Assembly (NCBI GenBank): GCA_029856435.1
Contig: JAHQXB010000076.1
Span: forward strand, 1-17,524
Length of the DNA: 17,524 bases
DNA from: Candidatus Jordarchaeia archaeon
Lineage (GTDB): Archaea > Asgardarchaeota > Jordiarchaeia > Jordiarchaeales > Jordiarchaeaceae
Reading direction: 5' to 3'
A model generated the notes under the pieces. It was not told the DNA's origin. It did not search any database and was given only the letters and a program-made list of their open reading frames with translations. Below are positions 1 through 5,741 of this stretch, one piece after another (within the stretch, counting starts at the first letter, position 1; the number at the start of each line of letters is the position of its first letter). Both the position numbers and the translations under genes were made by a program.

Positions 1-144
1 GTAAACACCCAGAACAACCTCTCAAACCGAGTCTACGAACAGGAACGCCGACCCCGCCCCAGATACGGCGGAGGCGAACGCCCACCATACTCCGGAAAAC
101 CATTCCGAAGAGACAGAAGCGGTCACCGCGGCGGTAAAAGATAA
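1..144 (+). CDS. ssb: 3' end (partial) of a single-OB-fold ssDNA-binding protein paralogue
   Basis: Frame 1 reads VNTQNNLSNRVYEQERRPRPRYGGGERPPYSGKPFRRDRSGHRGGKR* (TAA 142-144). The first 17 aa are 13/17 identical to VNSENNLSDKVYEQERR of the SSB at 14519-14983 and are followed by a similar Arg/Gly tail. Not in the ORF track. Confidence 0.85.
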   Translation, partial: VNTQNNLSNRVYEQERRPRPRYGGGERPPYSGKPFRRDRSGHRGGKR

Positions 145-763
145 AGAAAGAGGACTCAAAATATTTCCTCCTCAATCCTAACCTATTTTTCTAGAGAACT
201 GAACCAGAAACAAGAGAAGAGCTTCAATCAATGGTCGCAAAATAAATTACCAGGTTAAACCCCACAAAAAAGGAAAGAAAGGATGTACCACCTTTCCTAT
301 TAAGGTGGGGTTGACCTCTAGCAGTTTACGTTGGAAAAAGAAGCCGAGCGTAAAGGGTGCGACGCATAAAGAAAATTATGTGGAACTCTCCATTGGGTAT
401 TCCGTTAGTACGTTTCATTCCAAATATGCGTATCTTAAAGTTCAGTGCTTCTGTGTAGAATGTGCTAGGTAAGAAAAATGAGTCGTATCTGAGTTGGCTC
501 CTGTATGCTGGCAGGATGGATTTAGTGTTTATTGGTTGCGCCTTGTTTTTGGCTTCGCCTTTTAGCTGTGGCTGCAAAAATTTGGGTTTTTTTCCTTTTT
601 GGATTCAGAAACGGTTTTGGGTGAAACGTTTTTGGCAATGTTGATATAGATTTTTTATTTTGGTTGTCTTAGTGTGGGAGTGGTTTCTGAAGCAGTTGTT
701 TGGGTGGATGGTTGCTTTTTGTGTTTAGTTTTTTCTTTTTTGCGATGGGATTGGCTGGGCGGC

Positions 764-1600
764 TCATTTTTTGGTTGGGGGTTTTTGTTTTAGGGTTTTG
801 GTGTGGATTTTTAGGATTTGTAGTGGTGTGGCTAGCCCGAAATGTATATCGTTGTGGTAATTGTTTCTGAGTTGGAGTAACCGTTTAAGGTAAGTTTTGG
901 ATATGCCCAGTTTTGTGAAGTGTTTTGCGGCTTGGGTTAGTGTGTAGCCTCTTTTTTTAAGGTAGTAGTAGGAGGCCATAATGCTCCACTTGGCGGCTTC
1001 CATTTCGTACTTGTTCGCCCTAGAGCTGAAGGGGTAAAGGATGAGTGAGAAGAGGCTTAGGAGTAGGTTCATGGCTAGGCTTTTGATGATTGTGAATGGG
1101 GTTGCCTTTGGTATAGCCACTTTTTGGTGGAGGTCTTCTCCATACAATCTTTTTATTCTGCTGAGCACGCTGCCTAGGACAATTGGTGAGGGAGCCAAGA
1201 GTTTAGACATGAGGGGGCTCGTATTAAAAATCCGGGGAAAATCCGCCCTCAACAAATCTTTTTTTCTACAAACGAAGTGTGATTCAAACATTCCCGTACT
1301 CCTCTCTATTGCCCTCAATACTTTTCCGAGAATGGAAAATTTTTCCTCACGGAGCCCATGTTTAATCTCAAGCCCCTCCAATAAACTTTTAACACGTTCA
1401 ATCTGCTTCACGGTGACCCCATCACCTAAAACAACCAAGAAGTCAAAGTCACTACTAGCAGAAAACTCTCCACCAAGGGCACTCCCAAAAAGATACAAGC
1501 CCACCACACTACGCTCCCCCAAGTAGGAAAAAAGCAGAGAAAAAGCCTCGCCCAAATACTTCCTAACGCCTGGGGGAAGACTCCTGAAATCAGACTCCAT
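764..1600 (-). CDS. Pol-beta superfamily nucleotidyltransferase (AadA/KNTase-like N-domain plus helical C-domain)
   Basis: Motif GLYLFGSALGGEFSASSDFDFLVV fits hG[GS]...DhD. ATG at 1600 (MESDF) is preferred over GTG at 1630. The C-terminal half looks helical. Confidence 0.8.
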   Translation of the reverse strand: MESDFRSLPPGVRKYLGEAFSLLFSYLGERSVVGLYLFGSALGGEFSASSDFDFLVVLGDGVTVKQIERVKSLLEGLEIKHGLREEKFSILGKVLRAIERSTGMFESHFVCRKKDLLRADFPRIFNTSPLMSKLLAPSPIVLGSVLSRIKRLYGEDLHQKVAIPKATPFTIIKSLAMNLLLSLFSLILYPFSSRANKYEMEAAKWSIMASYYYLKKRGYTLTQAAKHFTKLGISKTYLKRLLQLRNNYHNDIHFGLATPLQILKIHTKTLKQKPPTKK

Positions 1601-1857
1601 CAAGCAACCCCACAAAAAAATAATAGACACAAATCCTTAATGCACTAAATCATTAAAAATCCTTTTAAACATTAGCAACACTTCCATAAGAATCAAGGCT
1701 AGCCAAACAATGAATGACGCCGAAAAAATCTGATAAATTTTTCCAAAAAGTAGCACTCCACAAAAAAGTCGCCCCAGAAAAGGTATCCCACAAGTTTTAA
1801 AATGAGCGGACACAAAAATTATTCTCGGTTAACATTCTGTTTCCGGGGTTTTCAAGT

Positions 1858-2280
1858 TTGAGTTCCAAGAATGTTTTTGTTTACGGTACACTTCTAAGCA
1901 GGTATTTTAATCCCAGAAGTGGTGAAATCGACGTGCACCCCAGATCCGAGGTTCTAAGGGGCTTCAGGTTCGAGAGAGCCCTTCTCAAAAATTACAAGTT
2001 GCTATGGTGCAATACGATGAATTACCCCTTCATAACAGCTTCCCAAGGTTATTCGGTGAAGGGTGAAGTCTACTACTCGGTAGGGGAGGAAACCATAAAT
2101 AAATTAGACAAGATAGAAGGAGTCTCTTCGGGACTTTTTGAAAAAGCAACAGTTAGAGTGCTAACTGATAGTGGACACGAAGTAGAAGCTCTAGTCTACG
2201 TTGGCGGTCAAACCCTCAGAAGTCTCAGTAATTGCCCAAGCTATTTCACCCTTATCCCTGAGGAATTCGAAGAAAGGTAG
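1858..2280 (+). CDS. Gamma-glutamylcyclotransferase (GGCT/AIG2-like) family protein
   Basis: N-terminal VFVYGTL, central VKGEVY, LDKIEG (catalytic Glu position) and C-terminal EALVYV motifs; 140 aa. Confidence 0.88.
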   Translation: MSSKNVFVYGTLLSRYFNPRSGEIDVHPRSEVLRGFRFERALLKNYKLLWCNTMNYPFITASQGYSVKGEVYYSVGEETINKLDKIEGVSSGLFEKATVRVLTDSGHEVEALVYVGGQTLRSLSNCPSYFTLIPEEFEER

Positions 2281-2454
2281 CAAAAAAACACCCCAAAACT
2301 AGTTAAATGTTCCAAAAAACCTTTAAAACAGCTCAGAACCTCTCCCCCCTAAACGGTTCCAGGATTTATTTGCCACCCCAAACTAGAGTTTCCAAGAAGA
2401 GAGAGCCGTCATCCTCCACCAGAAAAACCAGAAAAGATAGGCAGGGAACAATAA

Positions 2455-2810
2455 GTGACCTCCTCCATTTGAAAATGGTGGCTTCCAGGTTTCGTTCACC
2501 ATTTCCCGCTTGTCGCCAAGACGGTGTTTTATGGATGCTTGCGAGGTTGCACCTTCACCTTCAAGGCTTTAACGGTGCAAGGCCAACGCCTCTCAGACTT
2601 ATCTCCCTCTTCCTTGTGCTTCAGGGCTTGGTCACCTAGTGACTGGTACTCCAGTCAAGCCCTATGCCAGACGTCAAGCCTGGCACTCGTTCGTTGCCGA
2701 ACGCATCGAAGCCCTTTTCGGGTATCCCAAGCTTCAACCGCACAGCGTGGCTTGGGTTTTCTCCGATTGTTCCCCCTAAGGGGAACATTTCGATATCCTA
2801 TTCGCTTTGC
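2455..2810 (-). ncRNA. Large structured RNA inside the mini-element (omegaRNA-like scaffold candidate)
   Basis: Stems: GUUCCCC-UUAG-GGGGAAC (2786-2769); CCCAAGC/GCUUGGG (2756-2726); junction-closing AUCGAA/UUCGAU (2794-2789 with 2710-2705); CGUUCG-GCAA-CGAACG (2703-2688); UGCCAG/CUGGCA (2685-2665); AGGGCUUG/CAAGCCCU (2663-2623) enclosing two hairpins; UUGCACC/GGUGCAA (2580-2547); CUUG-GCGA-CAAG (2520-2509). GNRA loops and G-U pairs occur only on the minus strand. Confidence 0.72.
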
Positions 2811-2876
2811 CAGATCAAAAAAACTTCCTTAATTCATTCACTGTTTGAAAACGGTGGTCTTCTTGAAGTGGTCTTT
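2455..2876 (-). mobile_element. Non-autonomous IS200/IS605-family mini-element with no tnpA/tnpB ORF
   Basis: Minus strand left end: TTTAT | 19 nt ending in AAGA | CCACCGTT-TTCA-AACAGTGA (hairpin 2857-2838). Right end: GAAG | CCACCATT-TTCA-AATGGAGG (hairpin 2481-2462) | AGG-TCAC ending at 2455. The two related imperfect hairpins are in direct orientation with a compensatory G-C/A-T swap. The guide/cleavage pairs AAGA/TTAT and GAAG/TCAC follow the IS608 pairing rule (AAAG/TTAC, GAAT/TCAA). Confidence 0.8.
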
Positions 2877-3024
2877 ATAAAAATCGAGCGTCAATGAGGA
2901 TTTCAAAATATTTTCAGTGCTCAAAGTCCCTCTTTTATAGAGTTGTTTCTCGTTTCTAGAGATTCAAAAAAGGGGGAAATTGGGGAAGGGAATTTTTTTA
3001 AAATTCTTATTTTTGCAGAAGAGT

Positions 3025-3522
3025 CTATTTCTTGTCTGGTGGTGGTTTCTTTAGCCATTTCTCGTAGAATGTGTCAATGTCTGGTAGAAAGTTGAACACG
3101 GTGGGGTATCCCGGTGGTGCACACTCAACATCCAGTAGTGTTAGGCAGCCTGGGCAGTAGTACTCTCGGAGTTCCTCCCATTCGGGGTTGCTTCCCATGT
3201 ACTTCATGTAGATTTCCTCTATGGATTCTCTGGTGTCTCTAACCCTCACCCGGCATTTGGTTTTCCAGTTCTCCCGGTAGTCTCCGAACTCATATCCACA
3301 GTCACACTTAACTATTCTCTGGCCCCCTTTTGAAACCACGTAGAGGTGCTCGTGGAGAGGCAAGAGAATCTTTTCCTTCCATGGTACACGAGACTGCAGA
3401 ATTTCTAATACTTTGTCGAATCTGTCTGGATCCTTGGGCCCGCTGATTATGGGTTTCAACTCTTCCCAAGTTAATTCCCCATTGATTAATCTTTCCAAAG
3501 TTTTCCTATCATATTTGGACAA
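3025..3522 (-). CDS. acxC: Acetone carboxylase-like gamma subunit
   Basis: LPLHEHLYVV, KCDCGYEFGDYRENWK and YYCPGCLTLLDVE supply four Zn cysteines. The TTG start directly abuts the acxB stop, with a GGAGGTGA RBS upstream. Confidence 0.93.
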   Translation of the reverse strand: MSKYDRKTLERLINGELTWEELKPIISGPKDPDRFDKVLEILQSRVPWKEKILLPLHEHLYVVSKGGQRIVKCDCGYEFGDYRENWKTKCRVRVRDTRESIEEIYMKYMGSNPEWEELREYYCPGCLTLLDVECAPPGYPTVFNFLPDIDTFYEKWLKKPPPDKK

Positions 3523-5739
3523 CTATTTCACCTCCACCATGAAATCTTCAGGCAGCCTCCAGAATTCTCGGAATTCCTTGGCCCACCTCTTAGATAGTCT
3601 GAGACTCTCAGAATACATGATTTTGACCGCATCGCAGAGTTTGCCTTCAATAATTTTCTTCCGCTCCCGCTCCCAGTACTCGTTGAAGGGTACAGATTTT
3701 TCCTTCCTCTCCCTTCTTATCTCTTCCCTACGCTTCCGTGTAGCTTCCTCGTCCACTACCCACTCACCCCTCTGCTCATCATAGTTTGCCACCACTCCAT
3801 AAACCTTGTAAACTATGTCCTTGGTGTAAATGCCGTCGTTAAGATCTTGCTTCACTAGATCCAGCCTTCTCTCCAAGGGATCGCCGTATCCAGGTCCGCC
3901 ACTTAATGCGTAGTGAATCAAATCATAGTTCTCAAGGGTTATGGGATAAATGGTGCAATACTCCTTCCGCGTTATTTCTCCCTTCAAGAGTCTCTCAAAT
4001 TCACCGTTGGCTGGGTCTGGGTCTCCCAAGGGATAGTCTTTTTGCTTCTCAATTATTTCCTTCATATTTGTTTTTTTGGCATATAGGCGATATGCGGTTG
4101 GTTGGGGGTATCCTCCATGCATGCCTCCGCTTCCATGGAAAACCATTCCTTCCCGAGCCCCGAAGAAGTCCACATCCCTAGAGTTGGCAATCATTGCTAC
4201 ACCCTCATAGTTCGCTCCACCTCGATACTTTCCGTAGCCCGCATTGTTGGGCTTCACCCTCCTTGAAAGGTAGGGTATACCTCCCTGAAATAGTTCCCAG
4301 GTCTCCACATCGCCCAGATCTGCTTCAGGATTCCACATAGCGTATCCCCAGTCCAGTCCGTCTCTCACTGCACTTGCTCCCAAGCCCTGACCGCTAATCT
4401 CGAAAGTTGATAGGGCCCACCTTTGACCCATAAGTGGACCAGCGGAATAGACTCCTCCACCCTGAATAGCGTCTCCAGTAAAACCATAACCTGGAATCAC
4501 CTCTTCTCTGTATCCGCGTGAAAACAATCCATAAGACAGACACTTCATCATTCCAGTGTAGGCGGGGATCAAGTTACCCCAAGGACTCTGATAGGAGAGG
4601 TAGGGATCACCAGCGTTGCTCCAAGTCCCTAGGGGATAATCGGTTTCTACAGCAAGGTATGCTCCATCGTTTACCTTGTCTCCGTAAATCAGAACTTGAG
4701 TTAGGAGGACCCATTGCCCTCCCTCCATGGCACCCTTGTCACAGTTCATGGGGTTAGCTCCGGGTCCACTAGCTCCATCAAAACTTAGGGAGATACTGCC
4801 ATCCTCTTTAACTATGATTTCTATGGGTTCGTTGGAGATTTTGTCCACCTTTGCTCTGGGCTGCCAAGCTGTTTCCTTGGAGGGTATATCGAAGAATGAC
4901 GCGGCTCTGTATCTTCCAGGTATTAGGCGTTCTTTTACGCGTTCTTTGAAGATTCTTCTGGTTTCCTCTATGGCTTCCCTTATGAATTGTTTATAGTAGT
5001 CTATTCCCTCCCTCTCTATAAATTTGTAGATTGCGTCCCTAATCATAAGGTCTCCTGCAAGGCGGCATTTTTCATCTAGCTCCCAGTATAGGGGTGTTCT
5101 CACAGATCTGCGGGCATTAATGAGGTGGTCTTTCCATATTTTATCGTTGGAGCCAATCTTTAAGCAGGTGTAGTAGACTCCATCGTCGAAGCGTTGAATG
5201 GCGGATGTCAGGTCGTGTCCCGGGACTATTCCTCCAGTGTCAACTTGGTGTGTGACTCCTCCCGCCCAGCCTATAAGCTCATCCTTCCAGAATATGGGAA
5301 TGAGGGTTTGAACATCGGTGGTGTGCACATTGCCACATTGTGGGTCATTATTGAGGAAAATGTCTCCAGGATTTATTCCGGGGTCTTCCTCATAATTTTC
5401 CCTAATCATAAACTTTATGGCTTCGCTCATCGTGTGGACGTGAACCAAGATGCCCGTTGAAACAACTATGGAGTCTCCCTCCGGAGTGTACAGGGCGAAG
5501 CAGAGCTCACCAATCTCCCTAACTATAGGCGAGGCGGCGATGTGTAGCGCGGTCTCTCTAGCGGAGACCAAGGCTCCTCTCAAACCAGCGTAGGCGCGTT
5601 CATACCTGAAGGGATCTTCCTCTTTAAGTCTAAGCTTATCTATTCCACAGTAGTATCCGGTTTCTTTAAAAACTCTCTCGCTTTCTTCAAGCATTTCCTT
5701 CAAGCTTTTCTTATTCCATCCAATACACCTTCTCGACAT
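3523..5739 (-). CDS. acxB: Acetone carboxylase-like alpha subunit (hydantoinase B/oxoprolinase family)
   Basis: ARETALHIAASPIVREIGELCF, GNVHTTD, GGVTHQVD, AMWNPEADLGDVETWE, GGPGYGDPL and FREFWRLP align with AcxB as recalled. Metal-ligand positions E78, H139, D142 and H164 are present. GGAGGT RBS. Confidence 0.93.
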   Translation of the reverse strand: MSRRCIGWNKKSLKEMLEESERVFKETGYYCGIDKLRLKEEDPFRYERAYAGLRGALVSARETALHIAASPIVREIGELCFALYTPEGDSIVVSTGILVHVHTMSEAIKFMIRENYEEDPGINPGDIFLNNDPQCGNVHTTDVQTLIPIFWKDELIGWAGGVTHQVDTGGIVPGHDLTSAIQRFDDGVYYTCLKIGSNDKIWKDHLINARRSVRTPLYWELDEKCRLAGDLMIRDAIYKFIEREGIDYYKQFIREAIEETRRIFKERVKERLIPGRYRAASFFDIPSKETAWQPRAKVDKISNEPIEIIVKEDGSISLSFDGASGPGANPMNCDKGAMEGGQWVLLTQVLIYGDKVNDGAYLAVETDYPLGTWSNAGDPYLSYQSPWGNLIPAYTGMMKCLSYGLFSRGYREEVIPGYGFTGDAIQGGGVYSAGPLMGQRWALSTFEISGQGLGASAVRDGLDWGYAMWNPEADLGDVETWELFQGGIPYLSRRVKPNNAGYGKYRGGANYEGVAMIANSRDVDFFGAREGMVFHGSGGMHGGYPQPTAYRLYAKKTNMKEIIEKQKDYPLGDPDPANGEFERLLKGEITRKEYCTIYPITLENYDLIHYALSGGPGYGDPLERRLDLVKQDLNDGIYTKDIVYKVYGVVANYDEQRGEWVVDEEATRKRREEIRRERKEKSVPFNEYWERERKKIIEGKLCDAVKIMYSESLRLSKRWAKEFREFWRLPEDFMVEVK

Positions 5740-5741
5740 AA

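Noticed and set aside
326-644. ORFs 326-577 (-) and 462-644 (+); GYSVST resembling the IS200 TnpA GYFVST motif
   Set aside because: No HUH motif or other TnpA features in any frame I read, and composition is driven by the local strand skew.
850-990. HEPN RNase motif in the nucleotidyltransferase C-domain (LRNNYHNDIH)
   Set aside because: R-to-H spacing is 3 or 7, not the R-x4-6-H consensus, so toxin activity is unsupported.
2650-2815. Minus-strand reading DLAKRIGYRNVP.. as a tnpB C-terminal remnant
   Set aside because: Only a faint resemblance to the residues after the RuvC-III D-x-N-A-A-x-N motif, and the motif itself is absent.
2461-2860. The two TTTGAAAA-containing repeats as a minimal CRISPR array
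   Set aside because: Only two copies, about 380 nt apart, with no cas genes. Better explained as IS ends.
2455-2876. Group I intron/IStron, group II intron, RNase P, SRP, tmRNA or HEARO identity for the large RNA
   Set aside because: No terminal omega-G (ends TCAC), no convincing P4/P7, no GUGYG or domain V, and no GAGGAAAGUCC, SRP helix-8 or T-loop signatures. Loop polarity is opposite to IscB-type omegaRNA.
2307-2897. Four overlapping plus-strand ORFs of 77-110 aa
   Set aside because: No recognisable motifs. They are open by chance across a GC-rich structured RNA on the opposite strand.
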